Virus record (IMG/VR): IMGVR_UViG_3300042305_001773
Coordinates: 1 to 64,000 of that record
DNA: 64,000 nucleotides
Strand: one strand, 5' to 3'
The stretch's first letter is position 1. Every line of letters begins with the position of its first letter. The notes beneath the pieces are model-generated. The model did not search any database, had not been told where the DNA came from, and was given only the letters and a program-made list of their open reading frames with translations. The position numbers and the translations under genes are program-made. This document shows, piece by piece, positions 20,221-29,818 of this stretch.

Positions 20221-21246
20221 TTAGATCCGACCGAGCGCGCCGTAACTGCGCAGCTTCTTCGGCGGCCAACCGTTCACGCCCGAAATCGCCACCATGTAGC
20301 GGTTTTTGATATCAGACCACTTAGCCCAGAATGCGCCGACAGGAATGTCTACTACAGTTCCAAAAATACGGCGACTTCCGGCATTCCACGCACCCCAGCT
20401 GTTTTGGACTAATATCAACGGCTCGCCATATAACTTTTTAATCTCGTCGCGATCGTCGACGCCGAGGTAAGCCATGGCGTGCGCCCAAGAGCCTTTACGC
20501 TTACTGACGCCGTTTAAATCGCGCTCTGATGAAAAACCTTCGCTCCCGCAGCTACTTACGCAGTAACCATTGGCAAGAAGATCTCGAAGCGCTTCAAACT
20601 CTTCGATCTCGGTGATCGTCTGTACAAGATGTGACTTTCCGATAGCGCGCCACGAGTCGGGCGGCGTACGCGAACCATATAGCCCGGCGTTGCGCGACGA
20701 GTATTGCGTAAAGTCGACATCAATCTCGTCATACTTTTTTCGGAGCCACAGGCCGCTGTCGTTAAGCAACACTTGCGCCGCGGCCGCACAGCTCCACCCG
20801 TCGCCGCCATGCCGGCGCCAATTGTAGATAGCTTCAGTCGAGAGCACGCCGTTGAGTCGCGCTGTGTCGCTGACGTCTGGCGCGCCCTCTAACCGGCCGC
20901 TATCGGGGTCAGGTACGCCGCTCGTGATCTCGCAGCACATCGTGCCGAGCGCAGCGTTTCGGCTCGACCAACTGACACAATCACCACGACCTTGTGCTCC
21001 ACCCGGCAGGCAATCCGGGTAGAGCTTCAAGATCTCCAGCACGGGAAGACTTAATTTTCCTTTGCCTGTTTCTTCCAGCGCATATGCCGAGCATGCCATG
21101 GCGCCGTCGGGGATACCACCAGCGGCTTTAATTTGATCGCGGAGCGCTTCAGCGGCCGTGGGATCGCCGTACGCGCCCACAAAGCCCTTTTCATACGCTG
21201 CCACAACGTCATAGACGTTTTCAAAAAACTGCTCGGTATCGGCCAT
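20221..21246 (-). CDS. Papain-like (C1) cysteine peptidase
   Basis: QGRGDCVSW, WAHAM and QNSWG catalytic motifs. Confidence 0.85.
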   Translation of the reverse strand: MADTEQFFENVYDVVAAYEKGFVGAYGDPTAAEALRDQIKAAGGIPDGAMACSAYALEETGKGKLSLPVLEILKLYPDCLPGGAQGRGDCVSWSSRNAALGTMCCEITSGVPDPDSGRLEGAPDVSDTARLNGVLSTEAIYNWRRHGGDGWSCAAAAQVLLNDSGLWLRKKYDEIDVDFTQYSSRNAGLYGSRTPPDSWRAIGKSHLVQTITEIEEFEALRDLLANGYCVSSCGSEGFSSERDLNGVSKRKGSWAHAMAYLGVDDRDEIKKLYGEPLILVQNSWGAWNAGSRRIFGTVVDIPVGAFWAKWSDIKNRYMVAISGVNGWPPKKLRSYGALGRI

Positions 21247-21266
21247 GGTTACTCTCCGGCTTTAAG

Positions 21267-21722
21267 TCACGCAGTCGGTTCTTCGCCCTTGGTTTCGGCA
21301 ACCAACGTCACACCCAACGAACCCGGCTGCGCAGGCGGGAGTGTGTCTTCCGCTACGAACGCCAGTACGGCCGGCTCCGAGCGATTACCCGCGTCGTCAA
21401 TATCAACAACACGCAACTCAACCGATGAACCCTGCTCGACCAGCACGTCACCAAGCTCTGTCACCGTCGGCTCGTACGCGCGGACCTCGCGGGCAACGTC
21501 GGCACCATTTACGTATACAGACAGCTCGCGCGTGACGACGTCCGCATCAACAACCGGCCCGACCGAAACACGATACGTCAGAATATCAGCCATGTTTGTA
21601 TTACTCCTGATTTGAACAACTCTTAACTTTGCGGGCGATAACGGCGCGGCTAAAAATTGCGCCATCACCACCAACAACCACACCACCAAGCACAGTAAAA
21701 CAGCGGCGAGGATAGCGCCCAT
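21267..21722 (-). CDS. Hypothetical protein with Fn3/Ig-like domain
   Basis: DDAGNRSEP motif; N-terminal hydrophobic segment; alternative start at 21593 with AGGAG. Confidence 0.5.
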   Translation of the reverse strand: MGAILAAVLLCLVVWLLVVMAQFLAAPLSPAKLRVVQIRSNTNMADILTYRVSVGPVVDADVVTRELSVYVNGADVAREVRAYEPTVTELGDVLVEQGSSVELRVVDIDDAGNRSEPAVLAFVAEDTLPPAQPGSLGVTLVAETKGEEPTA

Positions 21723-21723
21723 G

Positions 21724-22176
21724 TTATTTGGCCGTCACGACTGAACTCGCGATAATATCGCACGCCTCTCCTAGTTTTTTAAGCGTTTCCGGGGTGCCGG
21801 GCATGACGTCATCAGTGCCGATGGCTGTTTTGAATACGCGCTCGATCGCGGCGTCGAGCCCCGGATACTTGTTGACCTGCTCAATCGCCAGATCAAGTGT
21901 GTGCCCGTGCACTTCTTCCCACTTTTCTGTCGTTGTGATGCGAGCAGGCGCTGTCGGGCGCTGCAACACCTTTTTTAACGACGTATAAACATCGTAGATA
22001 CGCGCGCGGTCGGCCGCGTCGCTGCCCGTGAGCAGCTTCACGATTTCCGCGTCAACCGGAGCCGACGCCACGACCGGACGTACGACCGGCGGTTTGACTA
22101 CGGGTAACTGCGGCCCATTCGGAAAAACGAGCGACAGGAACAGTAGTAGACCAGCCGCAAGCACAAGCTTTTTCAT
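21724..22176 (-). CDS. Membrane-anchored/secreted protein
   Basis: Signal-like N-terminus. Confidence 0.55.
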   Translation of the reverse strand: MKKLVLAAGLLLFLSLVFPNGPQLPVVKPPVVRPVVASAPVDAEIVKLLTGSDAADRARIYDVYTSLKKVLQRPTAPARITTTEKWEEVHGHTLDLAIEQVNKYPGLDAAIERVFKTAIGTDDVMPGTPETLKKLGEACDIIASSVVTAK

Positions 22177-22457
22177 ACAACACCCTTCGACGGTTGTTCG
22201 TACTCCACAATAACACGAAGCAATGCGGTGCAGGCGTCAACACCTTCTTTGCATCCTTCGGCGGCCAGCTTGTCGCGCAGCTTAGTCACCGCCATGATGT
22301 CTTCAACAAGCGGGACCGCAATCGACGACTGCACGTTGGGTGTCGCGGCTACCAACGTGGGGCGCACCCACTTAAGCCGGGTGGCGATTTCTTTACGATA
22401 CGCCACAACTGCAAGCACAACAAACAGAGCAGCACTAAAAAGTTGAAACGATGTCAT
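22173..22457 (-). CDS. Membrane protein
   Basis: N-terminal TM segment; GGAGGAG RBS. Confidence 0.55.
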   Translation of the reverse strand: MTSFQLFSAALFVVLAVVAYRKEIATRLKWVRPTLVAATPNVQSSIAVPLVEDIMAVTKLRDKLAAEGCKEGVDACTALLRVIVEYEQPSKGVV

Positions 22458-22492
22458 AACTCCTCCAGTATGAATTCACTTTTGCTATTTTA

Positions 22493-23320
22493 TCACGTTT
22501 GCGGCACAAGCACATACGGACGGCCGTTAATTACTAACGTGCCGTTTATCTGCAGACCGGCGTCTTTAGTGATGGGATATGCCGTGGTGCGCTTACCATA
22601 TAATTTGATGATTTCAGCCGTGTCGCCGTCTTGTGGCTTTGTTACGTTGGGGTCGTAGTACGGCGCCATCAGGTTACCGTTAGCCAGATGCGGTAAACCG
22701 AGCGCGTGACCAAGTTCGTGGCAAATAACCGCCACAGCCATGTTGAACGACCAGTCTTCGGCTTCGTCAAACATCTGGTCGAGCTGTACGTTTTCTGCGA
22801 CGCCACACGGCAGCTCGCTCCACGCCAGCGTGCCGCCTTTGTTATCTAAACCGCTTTTCTTGCCGGTCCCAGAACGAGCGTAGATATTAGCTTTTTTGTG
22901 CGTGTCAACGCGCACGGGATCAATCGCGCACACCTCAGCCCACTGCGAAAACGCAATGTCGTAAGCCTCGGCCACCTGCGCCGTTGTTAATCCCGGTAAA
23001 TGAATCTCGTGGTAGTACGAGATGTTGGGCATCGGCCATTTGCACGGATCGCCGCCGGGCGCTGTGATGTTGAAATCCGGCAACCCGCAGCGCCGCCGAT
23101 TGATACGATGCGCGGTCTTCGGGCCAACGGTACCTGTCGGATTCAGCCCGTTGAATTCCTGAAACGCCCGAATCGCTTTCTGCAGCTCAGCGCCTTTGAG
23201 CTTTTTAACCTGCGTAAGCGTCTTGTCGCCAAAATACCCCAGCGCATGAAGCCGCCGTAAAATTTCACTAATCGGCAGAACGTGCGGCTCGGGGGTGTGG
23301 TGTGTTGGCTTCCGTGCCAT
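22493..23320 (-). CDS. Matrixin (M10) metallopeptidase with PG-binding-like prodomain
   Basis: AIRAFQEFNGLNPTG, cysteine switch RRCGLPD, HELGHALGLPH, Met-turn LMAPYY. Confidence 0.88.
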   Translation of the reverse strand: MARKPTHHTPEPHVLPISEILRRLHALGYFGDKTLTQVKKLKGAELQKAIRAFQEFNGLNPTGTVGPKTAHRINRRRCGLPDFNITAPGGDPCKWPMPNISYYHEIHLPGLTTAQVAEAYDIAFSQWAEVCAIDPVRVDTHKKANIYARSGTGKKSGLDNKGGTLAWSELPCGVAENVQLDQMFDEAEDWSFNMAVAVICHELGHALGLPHLANGNLMAPYYDPNVTKPQDGDTAEIIKLYGKRTTAYPITKDAGLQINGTLVINGRPYVLVPQT

Positions 23321-23340
23321 AATGCGCTTCCTTGCAGAGG

Positions 23341-23745
23341 TTATTGCGCGGCAGCCAACTCCATAAGCCCTGTTGCCGCGGCGTCATCGATTGTATCACT
23401 CAGCGTATAGACGGCGCCAACAACTGGGTTATCCCGCTGATATTCGACACCTGTTTTTGCGCAGTGTTCACGCCACACGTTATTTAAACGCCGACGTAAA
23501 CGCATCAGCTTGCGCGGGGGCAGGGTACGCAGCTCACGCATGCTCTGCTGAATAGCGTCATCCGTGTTCTGCTCTTTGCAGTGAATGATTACCTGCACAA
23601 TGATCGAGATGATCATGATGATGGTAATCGGATCAAACTGATACGAGTTGTTACCCTGAGCGACAAGCTCGTCCGTGAGCTTGTCTCTCAGGGCTGCCAG
23701 CGCAGGCGACTCGTTCACGCGGCGCTGCAGTTCTTCTGTAGTCAT
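23341..23745 (-). CDS. Membrane protein
   Basis: Ile-rich TM segment. Confidence 0.55.
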   Translation of the reverse strand: MTTEELQRRVNESPALAALRDKLTDELVAQGNNSYQFDPITIIMIISIIVQVIIHCKEQNTDDAIQQSMRELRTLPPRKLMRLRRRLNNVWREHCAKTGVEYQRDNPVVGAVYTLSDTIDDAAATGLMELAAAQ

Positions 23746-24116
23746 CAGTTGGCCGTCCGTTCGGCGCGCATCTTCTCGACGGCAACCGCTTCCATGTAGC
23801 GATACCGCGCGTCAATCATCTGGGCGCGGATCTCGGTCCGGCCGGCGATGTACTTCCAAATCAGCGCGCTGTTGAGCACGACAATCTGCGTAGCGCCGAT
23901 AATTGCGGTAATCGCCTTGGTCAGCGTCTCGGCTTGCGATTGATCCACCCAGCCAATGAGCACAGCTACCGCCACCAGATTCGTCAGCGCACCGACAGCC
24001 ATCGTCCAAAACTCGGGCGTCAACCAGTTACCGGAGTCAACGTTGGCGTCATCGGCGGCAGCGTTTAAAACACGAAGCTCTTCGCGAACAGTCTCAACAC
24101 TTTTTTTGGTAGCCAT
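23745..24116 (-). CDS. Holin-like membrane protein
   Basis: Two TM helices after TPEFW motif; AGGAG RBS. Confidence 0.5.
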   Translation of the reverse strand: MATKKSVETVREELRVLNAAADDANVDSGNWLTPEFWTMAVGALTNLVAVAVLIGWVDQSQAETLTKAITAIIGATQIVVLNSALIWKYIAGRTEIRAQMIDARYRYMEAVAVEKMRAERTAN

Positions 24117-24179
24117 AACTTCTCCTAGAAAAAAGACGTGGTCGTATTGTACCGAACCCAAAATAACATGCAACACAAG

Positions 24180-25220
24180 TTACCGGCCGAATAAACTAGG
24201 TACAATTGCGTGCATCATTCCGCCCCACAGGCCCATATCCTGTAATTTCGCCTGCCCGGCTGGTGTTAAGCCGGCCATGGCCGAAAGCGCTTTCCCGGCA
24301 ACCGTCGCCGTGGCCAGCCCGACACCGGCGGAGGCAATGCCGTTAATAACGTCTACGGGGCGGATAATGGGCGACCGCATATTTGTACTGATCCCGCTCA
24401 TCAGCCCGGTAGTGGCCGCAGCAAACTGCGGCGGCGTATGGTTTTGAAACCCGCGATACATGCCCATGTTTACGTCCTGCCACGCCGCGCTATTGAACTG
24501 CGGCACTGACACCGTCGGCGCAAACATCGGCTCGTTTGAAAACGCGCCCGTCTGCCCGCCAAGCGGTGAAAAAGATTTTTTCATCATCTCTTCTTCGTAC
24601 GGGTACGTGACGGGTGTTTTGTTATTTGTAAGCAATCCGCGCAACATGCTTGTGCGCAGCGCTTTGGCGTTGGCGTACGAGTTGAGCCCGGCCAACCCTA
24701 CGCCGCTCAACGCGCCCATCAACCCCAGCGTGCGGCGCAATTTCCCGCGCTCCAGATAGCGCTCCGGGAAAAATTGTTCAGCGAGGGTGCCGGCGCCGTA
24801 ACCCAACCCACCCGCCAGTAAACCAGTCATCAACCCGTTAGATAGCGGCGTCGGACCCCCGAGCAGCTTATTGCCGGTGTTCCAGACCGTAGATAAGCCC
24901 GGAATCATTGACCCGACTTTAATAATGATTTCTTCTGCCGGATCTGGCTGCGCCGGGCCGTACGTCACAACAGCAGAACTATAACCAGCGTCGCGCATCG
25001 AAGAGATGTAGTTCTCTGCCGCCTGTTTCGTCGTGCACTCGGGCGCGTACAGCGTCACAAGCCCGACATCTGGTTCCCACGTAGCAACCGTGGTGGCCAA
25101 AAGCCCGGTATTTAGTGCAGATCGTTCGTGCGCTGCTTTCAACTGCAAGGCGACCGGCAAGAGCGTTACAACGCGCTCTGGTACAGCCTGCCACTCGTAA
25201 ATCGTTGGCGTCACGTTCAT
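24180..25220 (-). CDS. Gly-rich putative virion protein
   Basis: Gly-rich hydrophobic segments; LKAA and TKQA motifs. Confidence 0.45.
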   Translation of the reverse strand: MNVTPTIYEWQAVPERVVTLLPVALQLKAAHERSALNTGLLATTVATWEPDVGLVTLYAPECTTKQAAENYISSMRDAGYSSAVVTYGPAQPDPAEEIIIKVGSMIPGLSTVWNTGNKLLGGPTPLSNGLMTGLLAGGLGYGAGTLAEQFFPERYLERGKLRRTLGLMGALSGVGLAGLNSYANAKALRTSMLRGLLTNNKTPVTYPYEEEMMKKSFSPLGGQTGAFSNEPMFAPTVSVPQFNSAAWQDVNMGMYRGFQNHTPPQFAAATTGLMSGISTNMRSPIIRPVDVINGIASAGVGLATATVAGKALSAMAGLTPAGQAKLQDMGLWGGMMHAIVPSLFGR

Positions 25221-25224
25221 TGCG

Positions 25225-25494
25225 TCAGCTTAAACCCATTAAAAACCGCACAAACACAAAAATCCACGCAAGCAAGCCGCTAATAGCAAAAAAAACCACA
25301 ACCGCGCTCAGGCTGACAACACGCCCGAGCTGCTGAATCGGAATTTCGCGCAACAACCGCCACGCTTTGAGGTAATCAATCGCGCCCGGTTGTTTAGGTG
25401 GCTCCGGCGTAGGTTCGGGGTTCGGTTCCGGCGTTACCGGATCTTTTTTACGCCCAAGGAGGTCACGTAATTTATCAAACAGCGCGTTAGCCAT
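25225..25494 (-). CDS. Membrane protein
   Basis: PE-rich linker, C-terminal TM segment. Confidence 0.5.
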   Translation of the reverse strand: MANALFDKLRDLLGRKKDPVTPEPNPEPTPEPPKQPGAIDYLKAWRLLREIPIQQLGRVVSLSAVVVFFAISGLLAWIFVFVRFLMGLS

Positions 25495-27325
25495 TCTTTT
25501 TACTCCAGCTTTGAATGGTGTCAAAGACGTCGTTGCCGTACAGCTGCGTCGCTTTGTCCAGCATGTTCATCTGCGGCAGTGTTCCAGTCGCGGCAGCCTG
25601 CGCCATTTGATATCTGTACTGCGGATCGAGCATCGAGCGATACAGGTGCGACTTCTGACGCGCGGCCAGAATGAAATCGCCGCGCTGCTTGGCCTTAAGC
25701 AGGTGATCGGTCACGTTTGCAAAGACCGGTTTGTTGTGGTCGTAGACAAACGGCGTCCGCAAATCGAGCAGGTTGCGGAACTGCTGCGCATATACGCTGC
25801 CTGTTGCTGCTTTCACGTGCGAACCTACGACTCCGGCCGGCGCATGAAACCGAAACTTCGTCGGTGTGTGCGTGATACCCTTGTATTTCGGCTTTGGATC
25901 GTCCACGTGCCAGTCTTGCGGTGATTGCGCAATTAATCGCCGCAAGATCTCGTGCTTTCGGTCATATTCGCGGCGATCAGAGTGCGTTTTCGCCGCACGT
26001 AACTCGTCCAGCGTGTTTGGTTTCTTTGTGCTGGGCTCTTCTTCTGCGCCCTTCTCTATTTCTTTGACTTTTTCGTAGTACAGGGGGTCTTCTTGCAGAT
26101 GATCCTTGGCAATTTCTTTGGCGACTTGATCGTTTCTTGTGTGCTCGTGCTCATGTTTAGCTCCTTCGGCTAAAGCTGGGGCAGAAAAATCCCGATCGGG
26201 TAAATTATCGGCTTCACCGCCCGGTAACAGGTCTTTTTGTCCCGAGCGGGAAAGTTCGGTGGCGGCTGTCTTAGCGACCACGGGCGCAAGCAGCTTTTTG
26301 ATGTCGGGGCCGATGTAGTCGTCGCCTTCGGGCAGGCCGGGCGCCAACGTGATGTAAGGATCGGAGCCGACTGTCGCTTTAAACACTCCCGGCTTGAGTT
26401 TGTGTTTTGCCAGCTCTAAGTAATGCTCATGCGTTTTTGACGGGTCGTTGCCCAGTGCGCGAAACGCGGTCGGTTTTACTTTGACGCCAAGTTCTTCGAA
26501 CAACTCGCGCGCCGCGGCTTGCTCCGGCGTCTCTCCTGTTTCCACGCCACCGCCGATAAAACGCCGTTTTCCGAGATTGTCGGGCCATTTTGGATTAGTA
26601 AGCGTTTCAAGCAAGTACTTATTTTCGTACGGTAACACAACGCGCACGCGAGGTTGTGGTGCGTCGGCAGCGGCTTTTAGCTCCCCCCTACTGATGGGGT
26701 TACTAAACCTATGCTCTTCCGTCGTTTCGGCAGGGGTTTCGTAACCCTTGGACTTACCGTTGTCGAGCAACACGCCTTTGCGGCGGGCGGCGACGGTAAT
26801 GTGGAACGGATGGTCGTCGTTGGGAAGTGCGGATAGGCCGTAACTCTTGCGCAGCGCCGAAAGCGCCGGACTGCTGACTTGCACGGCCCAGACTTTGCTT
26901 ACGCCATCTACGTTTTTGACGTCGATTTCTTTCAGGCCGCCCAGCGTGTAGCCGAACATGTGGCCGCGCTCATTGATCTTGTCAGCACCGATAGATGCTA
27001 CCTCATCCGCCGTCATCACCGATATATGCGCATTTACGAGATCGCCCTTAACGTTTGGAACGTTAAACACGCCCGCTGTCGGTAATTCAGCGCCGGGCTC
27101 GGTCAGGGCGTCGAACACACCGCGGACGAGCGCGTTCGGTACAGATAACAAAAGCCAGCCAGATTTGGCGAGATAGAGACGGCCGGCGAGCGGATAACTC
27201 GTGGCGGCCTGCTTGTTGCCGCTGCGATAGAGCCAGCCGAGCGCGTTACCGGCAATATAGGCAGGATGCTCGCGAAAGTAATGCGGTTCCCAAGCGAGCG
27301 GGTCGAGTGCTGAGAGGCTATCCAT
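25487..27325 (-). CDS. Multidomain protein: 2H phosphoesterase + Nudix hydrolase + DUF5661-like + unknown domains
   Basis: HISV/HITV pair; Nudix box GGVETGETPEQAAARELFEELG; EHEH...EIAKDHLQEDPLYY; domains separated by KQA, KAA, KTA, KGA, KAA. Confidence 0.8.
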   Translation of the reverse strand: MDSLSALDPLAWEPHYFREHPAYIAGNALGWLYRSGNKQAATSYPLAGRLYLAKSGWLLLSVPNALVRGVFDALTEPGAELPTAGVFNVPNVKGDLVNAHISVMTADEVASIGADKINERGHMFGYTLGGLKEIDVKNVDGVSKVWAVQVSSPALSALRKSYGLSALPNDDHPFHITVAARRKGVLLDNGKSKGYETPAETTEEHRFSNPISRGELKAAADAPQPRVRVVLPYENKYLLETLTNPKWPDNLGKRRFIGGGVETGETPEQAAARELFEELGVKVKPTAFRALGNDPSKTHEHYLELAKHKLKPGVFKATVGSDPYITLAPGLPEGDDYIGPDIKKLLAPVVAKTAATELSRSGQKDLLPGGEADNLPDRDFSAPALAEGAKHEHEHTRNDQVAKEIAKDHLQEDPLYYEKVKEIEKGAEEEPSTKKPNTLDELRAAKTHSDRREYDRKHEILRRLIAQSPQDWHVDDPKPKYKGITHTPTKFRFHAPAGVVGSHVKAATGSVYAQQFRNLLDLRTPFVYDHNKPVFANVTDHLLKAKQRGDFILAARQKSHLYRSMLDPQYRYQMAQAAATGTLPQMNMLDKATQLYGNDVFDTIQSWSKKNG

Positions 27326-27339
27326 AGCGCGCTTTCAAA

Positions 27340-27411
27340 CTGCCTGAGTAGGACTCGAACCTACAACCCCAGCATTAACAGTGCCGTGCACTACCATTGT
27401 GCTATCAGGCA
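27340..27411 (-). tRNA. tRNA-Asn(GUU)
   Basis: Cloverleaf; TGCCTGA/TCAGGCA acceptor; CTGTTAA anticodon loop; GTTCGAG T-loop; CCA not encoded. Confidence 0.92.
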
Positions 27412-27548
27412 ATGCGTGTCACGGGGTCGCGCTAATACTTGGTGTCGTCATACCCCTGACAGCGTGATGTGAAACTGCCGCGTAGGCCGACACTAGCAGC
27501 AAGAGGCAAAACACAGCGGAAGCGCCCCAAGCGGCTACGCTCAATTGT

Positions 27549-27905
27549 TTACGGACGGTCATTGTCATGCTCGTGCTCCAGTTCGCGGTCACGTTCGTGC
27601 ACAATGGTTACTTTAATTCCGGCTCCAGCTAACAAAGAGATAGCAAGATCAGTTAAAGTGGACCCGCCCATGCCCGCCAGCACGCAAATGCCGATCAGGC
27701 CGTAGACGTTTTCGGATTTCCGATAGTTTTGATACCAAATCAGAGCGATAGCCAAGCCGAGAAATCCGGCGTTTAGCATCGCGCTGACTATCGCTAGTTT
27801 AGACAGTTTCTTGGCAAACCGCAAAAGGGTTGCCAACCCGGCAAACGCAGCTGCGCCAAACGCGCTCAAAAGCACCGACAACGAATGTAATGTTTCGTCG
27901 CCCAT
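27549..27905 (-). CDS. Putative holin
   Basis: Three TM helices, GICVLAGMGG, charged C-terminal tail. Confidence 0.6.
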   Translation of the reverse strand: MGDETLHSLSVLLSAFGAAAFAGLATLLRFAKKLSKLAIVSAMLNAGFLGLAIALIWYQNYRKSENVYGLIGICVLAGMGGSTLTDLAISLLAGAGIKVTIVHERDRELEHEHDNDRP

Positions 27906-27939
27906 GGTTTTAACCGCCTGTAATTGTTAGTGTTGTAAA

Positions 27940-28163
27940 TTGTGTCAAAAGCCCCTGCGATCCCCTGTCCGCAGGACCTATCACGGCCGAAGCCGCGATT
28001 CTGCAGCAACTTTCAAGGACATAATTTCGTCCCGTGTGGCATTTGCTGCTCCTCCGCCCGTGAGCCCGACAAAATCTGACCACGGAACCTGTAACCCCCG
28101 CGGCATCCCTGCCTTAGAAGCTACGCCTAACCAGCCGACCACCACGGCTAACTTTTGACACAA
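27940..28163 (-). ncRNA. Structured ncRNA candidate
   Basis: 12-bp terminal stem TTGTGTCAAAAG/CTTTTGACACAA; UUCG hairpin; several internal stems. Confidence 0.55.
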
Positions 28164-28178
28164 CTCTAGTTTAACATG

Positions 28179-28211
28179 TTTTATCCGGCACAAGATAATG
28201 CCGGATAAAAC
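28179..28211. terminator. Perfect 13-bp hairpin, likely terminator
   Basis: GTTTTATCCGGCA-loop-TGCCGGATAAAAC. Confidence 0.5.
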
Positions 28212-28241
28212 TGCAGCGACAAATTGTCAAAGAGCGCGCTG

Positions 28242-28694
28242 CTAAATGTACCGTGCCGGAGAATTGCTGCACAGACCAGCTGGTTCAAACTGGTCGAGCC
28301 AGCCCGGGGCGTTTTCAGGAAGAAACGCAATCGCTCGCGGCGGCAATTCTCTTGGCGCCGGAGTCCAAATAAATTGCGCGCTAGTCAGCGTCGGCGTTTC
28401 GCTGTCGAAGAACGCGTGCGCGCCAACATTGCACAAAGCGTCGAGTGTGTCGCCGTCAAAGCACCGCGACCAGACGCGCTGCTTGGAGAAAAACCCGGGC
28501 GGGGCAATGTTAAACCCGCCGTCAAAAGGCAGCAGAAAACTACCCTGATGAAACACGACGTTTACGCACACATGCCAACCAGCGTTTAACGTCGCGGTAA
28601 CGTACGCCAGCCGATTTTCTTTTTCGGGCTGTGCGCCATGAATGTTGCCGAGATTGGCAATTAAAATACCATCAAACCGCGTGTTGCGCGCCAT
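28242..28694 (-). CDS. Degenerate glycerophosphodiester phosphodiesterase-like protein
   Basis: IANLGNIHG..EN..Y...LNAGWHVCVNV aligns with HRGN..EN..Y..AL..G.DVEID. Confidence 0.55.
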   Translation of the reverse strand: MARNTRFDGILIANLGNIHGAQPEKENRLAYVTATLNAGWHVCVNVVFHQGSFLLPFDGGFNIAPPGFFSKQRVWSRCFDGDTLDALCNVGAHAFFDSETPTLTSAQFIWTPAPRELPPRAIAFLPENAPGWLDQFEPAGLCSNSPARYI

Positions 28695-28781
28695 ACCGAC
28701 TTCCTTGACTTGTTAACAATTGCCACGTGTTTGTATGTGGCGTATCGTACCCGTGACCACGATCAGTGTCCACGAGTTGCG

Positions 28782-29816
28782 TCAAAGAATCTTGGCGGCG
28801 ATCAGGCAGCCCCGCGCGACAGCGTGCAGCGGATCTTTGGCGTGGCGAACTTCTTTCACCGGCAGCGGAAAACCATTCTCCGCAAGTTTCTTAGTGAACA
28901 TCTCCACGAAACCTTTGGCACGCGTTGTTCCGCCGGCTAGAGATATCAAAATCGGCTCTTTGAACTTGGGCAGCGCCTTGTGGTCACGGAGCGCAGAGGC
29001 GAGCTGCTTTGTCGTGTAATCGATTAAACGCTCGTAGTACACGCTCACGGCAGCAAGGATCGCGTTGTCTCCGCCGCCCTCACCAATCACAAACGTGCCG
29101 TGCTCTTTCTCCGCCTGAACTACCGAGTCCGGCTCGTTAGTTGCCACCGCGGTCATGCGGTCGATCCAGTCACCTGACTTGGTCGTCGAGAACAGCACCG
29201 TGGGCTCGCCGTTGAGCATCACGCACACGTTCACCATACCGGCGCCCCACGACAGGCCGATGCCGGTATAGTCGTCGTGCTCTAGCTCCGAGTAGCACAG
29301 CGCTTCGGCTTCGTTGATAGCCCGGGCGGCGTATCCCTGCTCAGCCAGCACCGTGCGCACCACGTCTTCGTGATACGCCACGTCGAAGTCGTCGTCTTCT
29401 TGGTCGACGGGCTGTGCCGGCACACAGAAGATCAGCTTTTCGTGGGGTGTGCTAGCCGTGCCGACCACTTCCTTGAGGATAAACGCCAGCACGCGCTTGG
29501 CTTCCTTTTCCTTGGGGCTGACGACACCACGGTACATGGGACGCTTGGCCGAGTCATTGCGCTCGACAGCTTTCTCGATGGCGTCTTGGCCGAGAATGAT
29601 AAAACTCCCGTCGGCGTCCTTTACGAAGACTTTGCCCTGCAGCCCCTTTTCGATCATCTTCGTGGCCACGGGCGTCGTCGGCTTGATGACGTAGAACGCA
29701 TCGCGAAAGTCTTTGTACTGCACGTTGCCGACCGTGTGCGGATCGGTCGTGGAGTTTGCGGTGGCGTCTTGGGCCAGCACGATAAACGATGTTCCGACGT
29801 CTAAACCTTTAGCCAT
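28782..29816 (-). CDS. Actin-like ATPase (MreB/MamK-related fold)
   Basis: Phosphate-1 GLDVGTS, connect INEAEA, phosphate-2 SWGAGMVN, adenosine LAGGTT. Confidence 0.85.
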   Translation of the reverse strand: MAKGLDVGTSFIVLAQDATANSTTDPHTVGNVQYKDFRDAFYVIKPTTPVATKMIEKGLQGKVFVKDADGSFIILGQDAIEKAVERNDSAKRPMYRGVVSPKEKEAKRVLAFILKEVVGTASTPHEKLIFCVPAQPVDQEDDDFDVAYHEDVVRTVLAEQGYAARAINEAEALCYSELEHDDYTGIGLSWGAGMVNVCVMLNGEPTVLFSTTKSGDWIDRMTAVATNEPDSVVQAEKEHGTFVIGEGGGDNAILAAVSVYYERLIDYTTKQLASALRDHKALPKFKEPILISLAGGTTRAKGFVEMFTKKLAENGFPLPVKEVRHAKDPLHAVARGCLIAAKIL

Positions 29817-29818
29817 GA

